From NCBI GenBank assembly GCA_963831685.1, contig CAWHRJ010000002.1, positions 675,188-739,187 on the forward strand: a stretch of DNA of 64,000 nt, read 5' to 3'. Within the stretch, counting starts at the first letter, position 1. Each line of letters begins with the position of its first letter. Of the stretch, positions 29,972-37,987 are shown in pieces. Both the position numbers and the translations under genes were made by a program. Origin of the DNA: an uncultured Pseudomonadota bacterium. GTDB taxonomy: Bacteria; Myxococcota_A; Polyangia; Fen-1088. The notes beneath the pieces are model-generated. The model made no database searches. It was not told the DNA's origin and worked only from the letters and a program-made list of their open reading frames with translations.

Positions 29972-30181
29972 TTAGCCGCCGCCCCTGCTGGCCAGCCGCC
30001 TGAGTGCCTCGTTCACGGATTCCGATGTCGGAAACTTCTCGGCAACGTCCGGATCGAGGAGGACCACATTCGTCCCCTGCCGGTAGCGCTCAACATACTT
30101 ACCACGTACCCCACCCGTGAGGTCGTACTCAGGCAGCAGCTCGTCGTCTTCGTCGTCAGGCTTCATACTGCTCTCGCTCAT
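29972..30181 (-). CDS. BrnA-like antitoxin partner of the decayed BrnT
   Basis: 69 aa. LPEYDLTGGVRGKYVERYRQGTNVVLLDPDVAEKFPTSESVNEALRRL is a pattern I recognise from small antitoxins encoded after BrnT/DUF497 toxins. Confidence 0.6.
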   Translation of the reverse strand: MSESSMKPDDEDDELLPEYDLTGGVRGKYVERYRQGTNVVLLDPDVAEKFPTSESVNEALRRLASRGGG

Positions 30182-30425
30182 GACGAGTCATGACTCTAGC
30201 ATCGATGATCCGCGTCGTCCCGTCGCGGTCCGTATGAACACCGCGAGCAGGCGACCTCGACGGCTCAACCCAAACTGGACCATCCGTTCCTCAGCCCACG
30301 AGTGCCTCGGATCGGTGAATCGTGACAGAAAGCGGATCGTCGAAGACGGTGGACGCTTCGGCGAAGGACACGCCGTGCTTGGCCAGGTTTCGCGCTGCCT
30401 TCTCGGCGTCCCATTCGAATCGCAT
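30156..30425 (-). pseudogene. brnT: BrnT (DUF497) toxin with two frameshifts
   Basis: MRFEWDAEKAARNLAKHGVSFAEASTVFDDPLSVTI, then a shift to EERMVQFGLSRRGRLLAV, then a shift to HTDRDGTTRIIDARVMTRHEREQYEA. The start lies 3 nt after the yfbM-like stop. Confidence 0.7.
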
Positions 30426-30428
30426 CAC

Positions 30429-30923
30429 CTAACTCAGGTACAGGATCATCGAGTCACCCGCTCCTGCCGCTTCAGCGAAGAAGGTGCGCAGGGCTTCGTA
30501 ATAACCTACGACGTACCCTCTCCCTTCGGCTGACCATCCCTCTGGGTAGATTTCGGCGTTGGCGAACTTGTCCGCGTCGAATCCAGACCACAGCTGCTCA
30601 CCCGAGATGCCGCTCAGGGCTCTTGAGACCGCCTGAACATCGTGGGCCGAGAGGCCCCGCGCCGGACCGTACCCAACGTCTTCATCACCAAGCTCTATGC
30701 CACCCATGACCGCGTTCTGGAGCGGTGGTTTCCCTTCCCAAGGGTCGCCCGTGAGCAGGAACTGGATTGCATGCCACGCCTTATCGATATCCAGGTGCTT
30801 CCCATGGGGACGCTCGCCGTTCCCGTCATCAGGGTGCAGGAGCTCCAGGATATCGGACGGATCTTCACGAAGCCGCGCAAGCTGCACCTCGGGGATTCGC
30901 AGGTAGTTGCCGATCATCGACAT
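30429..30923 (-). CDS. YfbM/DUF1877 family protein
   Basis: 164 aa. MSMIGNYLRIPEVQLARL...LDIDKAWHAIQFLLTG... is the typical DUF1877 opening. The ATG lies 8 nt after the attC-like site E. Confidence 0.7.
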   Translation of the reverse strand: MSMIGNYLRIPEVQLARLREDPSDILELLHPDDGNGERPHGKHLDIDKAWHAIQFLLTGDPWEGKPPLQNAVMGGIELGDEDVGYGPARGLSAHDVQAVSRALSGISGEQLWSGFDADKFANAEIYPEGWSAEGRGYVVGYYEALRTFFAEAAGAGDSMILYLS

Positions 30924-30931
30924 GGTCGTCC

Positions 30932-30993
30932 GCCCAACGTTATCGCGTTCAGCGGCCTGGCGCAGCCCCGTCCGCTGGAACGCGTGGTTCGAC
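30932..30993 (-). repeat. attC-like structured repeat E (62 nt)
   Basis: Minus strand: GTCGAAC CAC GCGTTCCAGCGG ACGGGGCTGCGCCAGG CCGCTGAACGC GATAAC GTTGGGC. Confidence 0.6.
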
Positions 30994-31986
30994 AGCGCCT
31001 CCGTCGGCGTGAGCGTCCGAGTCGAAGGTCAGGCTCGACCGACGCACCCACGTCCGTTGCGGCTCGCACCCGAGCTCCGCGACCGCCGGATTCTTCAACA
31101 ACCGAAGCCATTCCCTTTCGGGGACCTCCTCCACTTCCACTCCCTCCACGTCGACCCGAGCGGTACCCCAGCGGATTCCCCCAGGCGACGCGTGAATTGA
31201 AGCACCCGCCTTCAGCGTAGCCACGCGTCTCGTGGCATCCGTCGCCAGCGAGTACACGCCACAACATCCAATCCCACCAACCCCCGTCAAGGCGAGGTAG
31301 CCGACCGTCCCCACCCTTCGCATGTCGGTCGAGGGCGTCCATCCCTGCGCGCGACCTGTACCAGCTTCCCACGCGATCCTGACCCATCCACGACGTCGCT
31401 CGAGGATATCGAAGGTCACCGAGTCGGGCTGAAGGCTGAGGTGCGCCGCATCGGGTTTCGGTGCCTCGTACACGGCGAGGCTCCTTCTTCGTGCGCGCGC
31501 CATCCCGATAGCTGCGACGTTGGGTTCGTGTAGTGGCGCGTGACCTTTGGTCGGGCGGCCGACAAGGAGAACGTCGCAGGGAATGCGGACGTCTTTCGCG
31601 ACGAGCTCCGTACCCAGCGGTATCGACGCCCGCATGACGCCGTTGCGACATCGCAAATCAGAGAGCCTGACAGTCTCATTGACGAAGAGCATTCCGCGCT
31701 CGACAGAGACAGGTTTCCGTAGATGGTGGACGACACTCCCCGGTGCCTCGACCGTGATCGCGGAGCCCATTGTCTCGACCGTGGGTGTAGATCGATCAGA
31801 GAACGTCACACGAACTTTGACCGGATCGGCAAACTCCAGGTCGAAGGGTTCGATGTCGCCCAGAAGGAGCGTCAGTTCGTCGCTTTCGCCCTCCGTGACA
31901 CACCCTGACCCAGCTTGCGCCGGCGCCACCGCCCATCCCAGGACGCCGGTGACGACACCCACCAGAATCGCCGGCCTACCCCGCAC
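30949..31986 (-). CDS. Secreted protein, unknown function (cassette 5)
   Basis: 345-aa ORF, GTG start, signal peptide (ILVGVVTGVLGWAVAPAQA). The stop lies inside repeat E. Confidence 0.5.
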   Translation of the reverse strand: MRGRPAILVGVVTGVLGWAVAPAQAGSGCVTEGESDELTLLLGDIEPFDLEFADPVKVRVTFSDRSTPTVETMGSAITVEAPGSVVHHLRKPVSVERGMLFVNETVRLSDLRCRNGVMRASIPLGTELVAKDVRIPCDVLLVGRPTKGHAPLHEPNVAAIGMARARRRSLAVYEAPKPDAAHLSLQPDSVTFDILERRRGWVRIAWEAGTGRAQGWTPSTDMRRVGTVGYLALTGVGGIGCCGVYSLATDATRRVATLKAGASIHASPGGIRWGTARVDVEGVEVEEVPEREWLRLLKNPAVAELGCEPQRTWVRRSSLTFDSDAHADGGAVEPRVPADGAAPGR

Positions 31987-32026
31987 CTACGAATAGACAA
32001 CCGGCACCCTCTCCCGTTCCCTGTCT

Positions 32027-32091
32027 GTCGAACGCGTTGTGTTCAGCGACGGGCCGGTCGCCGGCCCGTCGGCCGCAACGGGTTGTTGGCC
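32027..32091 (-). repeat. attC-like structured repeat D (65 nt, most divergent)
   Basis: Minus strand: GGCCAAC AACCCGTTGCGGCCGACGGGCCGG CGA CCGGCCCGTCGCTGAACACAACGC GTTCGAC. Confidence 0.45.
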
Positions 32092-32226
32092 GGGCCGCCG
32101 GCCGGGCCCGGTTGGCTTCCGCCGAGGATGATCCTCTTGTCACCGAAGGACGCCACGAGCTCGAGCTGTCCACCGAGGGCGGCGATGTACGCAAGGCTGA
32201 CGCCGACCGCCGGCACAGCGGCTCGC

Positions 32227-33225
32227 TCAGGGCGAGACCTTCCACAGCTGCTGGAAGGTCTGCAGGTAGAGGCTCCCGTCCTCCGCTGCGGCCATCGAAC
32301 AGAACACGAAGCTCAGCGGGTCGTACTGTGCTGCCTTTGCGTCGGCAAGCGAAGGCGTCGTCTCGACGAGCGTGGCGTCTGCCTTGTCGGTCGTGCCGTC
32401 GGCAAGATGATAGATCCGGGTCACGCACTCGGGGCAATCGTTGATCACGATGTAGAAACCGCCCTTTGGATCGCGCGCCGTGCAGATGACGGTGGGAGTG
32501 AATCCCGTGAACGTTGCGACGCCCGAGCCATCCACGTTCCCGTGATAGAGCGGTGAACCGTTGCAGCCAGGCTGATACAAGAACACGCCCGTTGGCGCCG
32601 CGCTCAGACCTTGCAGGGCGCAGTTCTCGGCGTTTTCGAGCAGCGCATTCGGATAGACGAGCATCTGGCTCGTCGAAGAGGCGGTGTACAGACCACCGAC
32701 GTTGACGATGGCGACGCGCTCCGCGGAGATGACGGAGAGTCGGGCCACGTCAATGCTCGAGACGTCGATCCAGGGCTGGGCTACGTGGGCCGACGACGAT
32801 CGAACGACGACCGCGACGGCGGTGCCCGTGGAGGGGGACCCGCTCAGCGCGACGTACAGCAGACCGTCCGGTCCCCTGTCGAGGTCGGTGATCCGGTTCG
32901 TCACCGTGGGTGGCGTCCCGGCAGCCGCCTCTTCGAGGGTCAGGTACGTACTGACGTTCACGCCGTCAATCAACCACACGTTCTCGGTGTCCTCGAAGTA
33001 GACACGGTTCTGAGCGTCCACGGCCATGCCCCCCACGCGTTGCCGCCCACTCCACGGAGCGTTGTCGACGACCATCGTCAGCGTGCGTGGTCCCGAGCCC
33101 GCCTCGCCGCCCCGATCGACCCCGGCATCGACCCGAGCCGCGGGCGACCCTGAACAGCCCAGCTCACCGGCGAGTGCCGACACGATGAGAGGCAGGACGA
33201 TGGACCGCATGGCTCCGGAGTGCAT
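32227..33225 (-). CDS. Secreted lipoprotein, propeller-like, unknown function (cassette 4)
   Basis: 332 aa. MRSIVLPLIVSALAGELGC lipobox. The ATG lies 7 nt after repeat C. Confidence 0.6.
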   Translation of the reverse strand: MHSGAMRSIVLPLIVSALAGELGCSGSPAARVDAGVDRGGEAGSGPRTLTMVVDNAPWSGRQRVGGMAVDAQNRVYFEDTENVWLIDGVNVSTYLTLEEAAAGTPPTVTNRITDLDRGPDGLLYVALSGSPSTGTAVAVVVRSSSAHVAQPWIDVSSIDVARLSVISAERVAIVNVGGLYTASSTSQMLVYPNALLENAENCALQGLSAAPTGVFLYQPGCNGSPLYHGNVDGSGVATFTGFTPTVICTARDPKGGFYIVINDCPECVTRIYHLADGTTDKADATLVETTPSLADAKAAQYDPLSFVFCSMAAAEDGSLYLQTFQQLWKVSP

Positions 33226-33232
33226 CGCCGTC

Positions 33233-33294
33233 CGTCAACGTTATCGCGTTCAGCGGTGGGGCGCAGCCCCGTCCGCTGCAACGCGCGGTTGGAC
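33233..33294 (-). repeat. attC-like structured repeat C (62 nt)
   Basis: Minus strand: GTCCAAC CGC GCGTTGCAGCGG ACGGGGCTGCGCCCCA CCGCTGAACGC GATAAC GTTGACG. Confidence 0.6.
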
Positions 33295-33714
33295 AGCGCC
33301 TCGTCGCTGACGAGGCACGATGAAGAAGGCCGTCGCAATTACGATTATCGCAATGCCGATGGACGCAAAACAGGGTAGTCCGCTCGACAAGGCTGCCGCA
33401 GTGTATGCATGTGCAGCGAGTGCGCGCGGAGGATCGTACTCGCCGCAGTAACTGAAGTAGGCATAAGGCGGCAGGGCGAGAAGGGGAACAAGGATCAGTG
33501 GGCGTCGCTCATGGGATGCGGCCGCGTAGCCACACGCCACCGCCACGAGAAAAGCCGGAAGAATCCATAGGACGCTCAAGACGCCCCAAGGCAACCAGAT
33601 CTCGAGAGCTCGCCCCGCGTGAGACTGGGCAGCCCATCGAGCGGCGCCGTTACACGCGACACCCAGCGCAAGAAATATCCCAGTTACCGCTACGAGTGTT
33701 CCGCCCCTCCTCAT
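33250..33714 (-). CDS. Small multi-TM membrane protein (cassette 3)
   Basis: MRRGGTLVAVTGIFLALGVAC... about four hydrophobic helices. The ATG at 33714 lies 6 nt after repeat B. The ORF-track N-terminal extension is rejected. Confidence 0.55.
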   Translation of the reverse strand: MRRGGTLVAVTGIFLALGVACNGAARWAAQSHAGRALEIWLPWGVLSVLWILPAFLVAVACGYAAASHERRPLILVPLLALPPYAYFSYCGEYDPPRALAAHAYTAAALSSGLPCFASIGIAIIVIATAFFIVPRQRRGAVQPRVAADGAAPHR

Positions 33715-33720
33715 CCGTCT

Positions 33721-33782
33721 GTCCAACGTTATGGCGTTGAGCGGCGGGGCGAAGCCCCGTCCGCGCCAACGCCGGGTTGGGC
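33721..33782 (-). repeat. attC-like structured repeat B (62 nt)
   Basis: Minus strand: GCCCAAC CCG GCGTTGGCGCGG ACGGGGCTTCGCCCCG CCGCTCAACGC CATAAC GTTGGAC. Confidence 0.6.
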
Positions 33783-34181
33783 AGCTTGACCGCGACGCCG
33801 CTCCAGTCGAAGGCCCTTTACCGCCAAAGCCACCAGGGCGAGCGAGCTGGCCAGGCCGGCGATTCCAACTGCCGTGGCCGAAGCGAACAGCAAGAAGATC
33901 AGTGCCCAAAGGCCGTTCAGGCTGATACAGGCCCACCAAAGTGCGGTCGGGTCCTTCCAAGATGTCGTCCCGAATCCCCGCCGAAGCAATCCGATGTACA
34001 CGACCCAGCCCAGTCCGAAGACGGCCAGGTATGCGACGACGCCACCTATACCCTCGCGTAAAGCGGCCGGGATCTGCGCCGCCAAAAGGATCGCCCAACC
34101 CGTGCCGATGATCGCTGCGATTGCCGCCAGCGTCCGCGAGAGCCGCTCGTCACGATCCGGGATCCAAAGGTCGGTGTCCAT
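33729..34181 (-). CDS. Small multi-TM membrane protein (cassette 2)
   Basis: MDTDLWIPDRDERLSRTLAAIAAIIGTGWAILLAA... about four helices. The ATG at 34181 lies 9 nt after repeat A. Confidence 0.55.
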   Translation of the reverse strand: MDTDLWIPDRDERLSRTLAAIAAIIGTGWAILLAAQIPAALREGIGGVVAYLAVFGLGWVVYIGLLRRGFGTTSWKDPTALWWACISLNGLWALIFLLFASATAVGIAGLASSLALVALAVKGLRLERRRGQAAQPGVGADGASPRRSTP

Positions 34182-34190
34182 CGCCTGTCT

Positions 34191-34252
34191 GCCCAACGTC
34201 GTGGCGTTAACCCGCGGGCCGCAGGCCCGTCGGGTTCAACGCCGGGTTAGCC
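34191..34252 (-). repeat. attC-like structured repeat A (62 nt)
   Basis: Minus strand: GGCTAAC CCG GCGTTGAACCCG ACGGGCCTGCGGCCCG CGGGTTAACGC CACGAC GTTGGGC. The TAA stop of the SMI1 gene sits inside GGCTAAC. Confidence 0.6.
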
Positions 34253-34702
34253 AGCCTTCCCGTATAGGGCCTGGTCACCAGAGAGCACCATCTGGACAAA
34301 GTCGGTGAATGTTTCGGCGATCGGAACGGGAGTACCGTTCGCCACCAGAACAACTTCCATCCGATCGGGCGTCTCGGCAGAGAATCGCGCTCCATAGGCC
34401 CAACACCAATACGAATGGTCGGCGAAGACCACGGTGTTCGCAAGATGTCCCTGTGCGTACTGCGGCGCTTCTTCTTCAACCCGTCGCCACTTGTCGAGGG
34501 ACCAGAGCGTGATGAGGCCATGATCGACGTCGGTCATATCCGCCGTCCCGTTCATGCGTTCGTAGAACGCCCGCGCATCCGCCGGCAAGGTGATGCCTAG
34601 TCTCCGTTCAGTCGACGCGACCTCGTCAGGGCTGCATGGCCGGTTGCGCTGGGCGTCCACGAACGAGGCGACCGCATCTGCGAGTTCGTGTGGCGTTCGC
34701 AT
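34247..34702 (-). CDS. SMI1/KNR4 (SUKH-1) family protein (cassette 1)
   Basis: MRTPHELADAVASFV...VASTERRLGITLPADARAFYERMNG...LWSLDKW...VVFADHSYWCWAYG is the typical SUKH-1 pattern. The ATG at 34702 lies 6 nt after GTTAGCC. Confidence 0.8.
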   Translation of the reverse strand: MRTPHELADAVASFVDAQRNRPCSPDEVASTERRLGITLPADARAFYERMNGTADMTDVDHGLITLWSLDKWRRVEEEAPQYAQGHLANTVVFADHSYWCWAYGARFSAETPDRMEVVLVANGTPVPIAETFTDFVQMVLSGDQALYGKAG

Positions 34703-34708
34703 TGGTCT

Positions 34709-34727
34709 GGCTAACTTTGTATTAACC
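34709..34727 (-). promoter_or_regulatory. attI-like core site preceding cassette 1
   Basis: Minus strand GGTTAATACAAAGTTAGCC. Compare, from memory, the attI1 core CTAAAACAAAGTTAGGC. Confidence 0.35.
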
Positions 34728-34937
34728 AGCAATCTCCCGCTGCCCTAGATTTTTCGCAAGCAGTGACATTGGTCCGTGGGGATGCTGGCAGGCGAGCTCG
34801 GAGCGCAACGATGTCAGACGGTTTCGCAACGCCGGCCCCAAGACGGGCGGGCAACGTAGCCGCGGCCCGGTCTGTATAATCTGCGAAGAGAACCTGTGAC
34901 GCGGGCTACGGGTCGCGGTCGGAGGTCGGACCGCGCG

Positions 34938-37883
34938 TTAGAACTTCACGTCGACGGCGTTGCCGTTGTAGCTAACGCTCTTGTCGGCCTTGGGGGTGAA
35001 CGAGAAACCGACGGGCTTGTCCTTAGCGACCAGCACCACGTCGAAGGTGTGTTGCGGGGGCATTCCCGGGAACGCACCCTCGCGCTTGCCGATGGTGAGG
35101 GTGCGGGTGGCGTCGGTCCAGTGGAGGGGGACGCGCGCGAAGGCGCCGTTTTCGTAGCCGTAGCTCTGGCCGTCGTCCTCGTACAGGGTGAACGTGCCGT
35201 CGGCGCCGGCGTAGACCCACAGGGTGATCGGGTCGGCGGGCTTCTCGTCGGTGTACATGAGCTCGGGGCCGGTCGGGATGATTGAACCGGCGCGGACGTG
35301 GACGGGGATCGAATCGTAGGGCGCCGAGACGTCGATCGACTGACCGCCGGCCGCGGTGCCGCCGGTCCAGAAGTCGTACCAGGCGGGGGCGGTCGGCAGG
35401 TAGACGGTGCGGCTGCGCGCCCGGTAGGTGGTCACCGGGCTCACGAGCAGCGCCGGGCCGAACATGAACTGGTCGCTGACGTCGCGCGCCTTGGTGTCGG
35501 CGCGGAAGTCCATCACCAGCGGGCGCATGATTGTCCCGCCCGCCTGCGTGACGTCGCCGGCCAGCGAATAGAGGTATGGCAGCAGGCGGTAGCGGACGCG
35601 GTCGAACTTCAGCTCGGCTTTGTAGGCGGGGCTCGATTCGCCGCCGAACTCCCACATCTCGCGCTTGGGCGCCTCGCCGTGCACGCGCAAGAGCGGCACG
35701 AAGGTGCCGAACTGGAACCAGCGCGTGTTTAGCTCGCGCCATTCTTCGGTGTCCTCGGCGCTCGGGTGCGCCGTCGCGAAGCGCTCGGGGACGGAGAAGC
35801 CGCCGATGTCCATCGACCAGTACGGGACGCCCGATACCGAGAGGCCGAGGCCGGCCGGGATCTGCGAGCGCAGCGCCGTCCAGGTCGAGGAGATGTCGCC
35901 CGACCAGACCGCGGCGCCGTAGTGCTGCTGCCCGGCGAACGCCGAGCGGGTGAGGATGAAGACGCGCTGATCGGGCGCCACGCCGCGCTGCCCCTCGTAG
36001 ACCGACTTGCTGTTGACCAGCGAGTAGGCGTTGAGCATGCGCGCCCCGGAGCCGAGCGCGGTCGGGTTCATGTGCGTCCGCTGGCCGTCGAGCGTCGGCG
36101 TCGGCAAGAGGTCCGGCTCGGGCGCGTCCAGCCACCAGGCGTCGACGTGCTTGCTGAAGATGTTCGTGTTCATCTGCGACCAGAACAGCTTCCCGGCCTC
36201 CGGGTTGAACGCGTCGTAGAAGGTGTACGGGTAGCCGCCGTCGCCCACCCAGTCGCGCAGCCCCTCCGCCAGGTTGAGGTGGTAGAGAAAACCCAGCGTG
36301 CGCATCGCCTCGAAGTTCTTCGTGCCGGGGTAGTACTTGCCCCACACCGAGATCATGAGGTGCGCGTGCTTGAAGTGGACCTCGCGCACCCACTTGTCCG
36401 GGTCGGGGAAGCGCGCCGGATCGAACTCGTCCGAGCCCCAGGCGTTCTCCTTCCAGTAGAACCAGTCCTGCACGATGGTGTCGAAGGGGATACCGCGCTT
36501 GCGGAAACCGTCGACGACGTCGAGGCTCTGCTTGGAGGTCTCGTAGCGCTGCCGGCTCTGCCAGAGCCCGAGCGTCCAGCGCGGGATCATCGGCGCCGGC
36601 CCGGTGACGCGCCGGTAGCCGGCGACGACGCCGTCCAGCTCGGGGCCGTAGACGAAGTAGTAGTCGATGCCGTCGCCGACCTCCGACCAGAGCGAGGTGG
36701 TGGGCGGCGTGGTCGCGTTCGCGTGGGGAGCAGCGAGCTCTGCTCGCTGCGTACCATCGCGGGGGGCTCCGGGACCCTCTGAGGGTCCCGCGTTGATTGG
36801 CGGCTTCCACAAGAGCTGCACCGTCTCCATGTTCTGGTCCTTGCTCCACTCGAGCCGGATCTTCGCGCGGTGGCCGGCGTCGAGCCGCACGCGCGCGACC
36901 TCCTTCCAGGGCAGCCACCCCTGGCGCCAGTGGTTGATGACCAGGTTGTCGTCGATCCACATCTTGATGCCGCTGTTCGAGAAGGTCTGGAACTGGTAGT
37001 CGCCGGTCACCGGCGGATCGACCTCGCCCGTCCAGCGCACGCTGGCGTTCCCCTCGGGGAGCCCGGCGAAGATGAGCGCGTTCGGCTTCTTCTCCTTGCT
37101 CGACAGCGCCAGGTCGATCACGCGATCGACCCGCTCGCCGTAGAGGTGCTTGAAGTCGGCGCCCTTGTAGAACTGCGCGGTGAACCCGCCCGGTTGGCCC
37201 TTGGCATCGAAGAGGCGGTCGGCCGGGATCGGCTCCCAGGGGCGCAGGTCACCGAAGCGCGTGAACGAGGTGTTGTCCCACAGGACGCCCCACCCCCGGC
37301 TCGACACCAGGAACGGAATGACGATGGTGCCGTTGTGCTGCCAGAGATCCAGGTCGTACCCCTTGATGTCGAGGAGCCCGATCTGGTTCTCGCCGAGCCC
37401 GTACAGCGCCTCGCCGTCGGCCGGCGCCCACTCCTGCCGCACGTGCTGCGTGTTCTCGCCCATCACCGTCGCCGGCATGAGCGTCCGGCCGCTCTCCTCC
37501 AGCAGCGGCGCGCCGCTCGGGTCGAGGAAGGAGACCCGGCCGCTGGCCAGATCGACGCGCGCCTTGAGCTTCGCGGTGGAGAGCGTCGCGGCGCCGCCCG
37601 CCTCGACGAAGTCGAACGGCGCGCCCTCACACTTCTTGGGCTGCGCGGCCAGGCTCTTGCGAACGAAGAACGACTCGTTCTTTGCGTAGGCGACGCGCAC
37701 GACATCGGCGGCGCAGATCTCCAGCTTCAGGAGCGCGTCGCCGAAACGCACGACCACACCGTCGGCCACGCGCTGAACCGACGTCGCCGGGCCGGGCCCG
37801 CAGGCCGATGGACCGGCGCCCTGCGGACCGGCGCACCCGACGATAGCGGCAGACAACACGACCAGGCAAACGGTTCGACGCAC
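34938..37883 (-). CDS. GH31 alpha-xylosidase-type glycoside hydrolase with PA14 insertion, lipoprotein
   Basis: Uninterrupted ORF. A GTG at 37883 is preceded by GAGGAGG and gives MRRTVCLVVLSAAIVGC. PA14-like block (GDYQFQTFSNSGIKMWIDDNLVINHW). GH31 blocks (DAWWLDAPEPD, PYWSMDIGGF, RWFQFGTFVPLLRVHG). Confidence 0.9.
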   Translation of the reverse strand: MRRTVCLVVLSAAIVGCAGPQGAGPSACGPGPATSVQRVADGVVVRFGDALLKLEICAADVVRVAYAKNESFFVRKSLAAQPKKCEGAPFDFVEAGGAATLSTAKLKARVDLASGRVSFLDPSGAPLLEESGRTLMPATVMGENTQHVRQEWAPADGEALYGLGENQIGLLDIKGYDLDLWQHNGTIVIPFLVSSRGWGVLWDNTSFTRFGDLRPWEPIPADRLFDAKGQPGGFTAQFYKGADFKHLYGERVDRVIDLALSSKEKKPNALIFAGLPEGNASVRWTGEVDPPVTGDYQFQTFSNSGIKMWIDDNLVINHWRQGWLPWKEVARVRLDAGHRAKIRLEWSKDQNMETVQLLWKPPINAGPSEGPGAPRDGTQRAELAAPHANATTPPTTSLWSEVGDGIDYYFVYGPELDGVVAGYRRVTGPAPMIPRWTLGLWQSRQRYETSKQSLDVVDGFRKRGIPFDTIVQDWFYWKENAWGSDEFDPARFPDPDKWVREVHFKHAHLMISVWGKYYPGTKNFEAMRTLGFLYHLNLAEGLRDWVGDGGYPYTFYDAFNPEAGKLFWSQMNTNIFSKHVDAWWLDAPEPDLLPTPTLDGQRTHMNPTALGSGARMLNAYSLVNSKSVYEGQRGVAPDQRVFILTRSAFAGQQHYGAAVWSGDISSTWTALRSQIPAGLGLSVSGVPYWSMDIGGFSVPERFATAHPSAEDTEEWRELNTRWFQFGTFVPLLRVHGEAPKREMWEFGGESSPAYKAELKFDRVRYRLLPYLYSLAGDVTQAGGTIMRPLVMDFRADTKARDVSDQFMFGPALLVSPVTTYRARSRTVYLPTAPAWYDFWTGGTAAGGQSIDVSAPYDSIPVHVRAGSIIPTGPELMYTDEKPADPITLWVYAGADGTFTLYEDDGQSYGYENGAFARVPLHWTDATRTLTIGKREGAFPGMPPQHTFDVVLVAKDKPVGFSFTPKADKSVSYNGNAVDVKF

Positions 37884-37987
37884 GGGAGCCTCCTCGAAGG
37901 GCCGCGATATTTCCACGACCGCCGGTCATTGGCTACAACTTCCAGGTATTCCCCGCGCGCGGCGCAGCAGGGTACACTCGCGCGCCC

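Larger units (their letters stand above)
29972..34727 (-). mobile_element. Integron-like gene-cassette array without an integrase in the window (CALIN-like)
   Basis: Five same-orientation attC-like repeats plus an attI-like core separate six same-strand cassettes. See findings. Confidence 0.55.

Noticed and set aside
29934-29975. A possible sixth, terminal attC (GGCTAAA ... GTTCAAC) between brnA-like and vapC.
   Set aside because: It is too short, the boxes are degenerate, and the partial GC hairpin is equally well explained as a bidirectional terminator between convergent genes.
34728-34937. An integrase (intI) remnant between cassette 1 and GH31.
   Set aside because: Translating all frames gives only short ORFs with no tyrosine-recombinase motifs.
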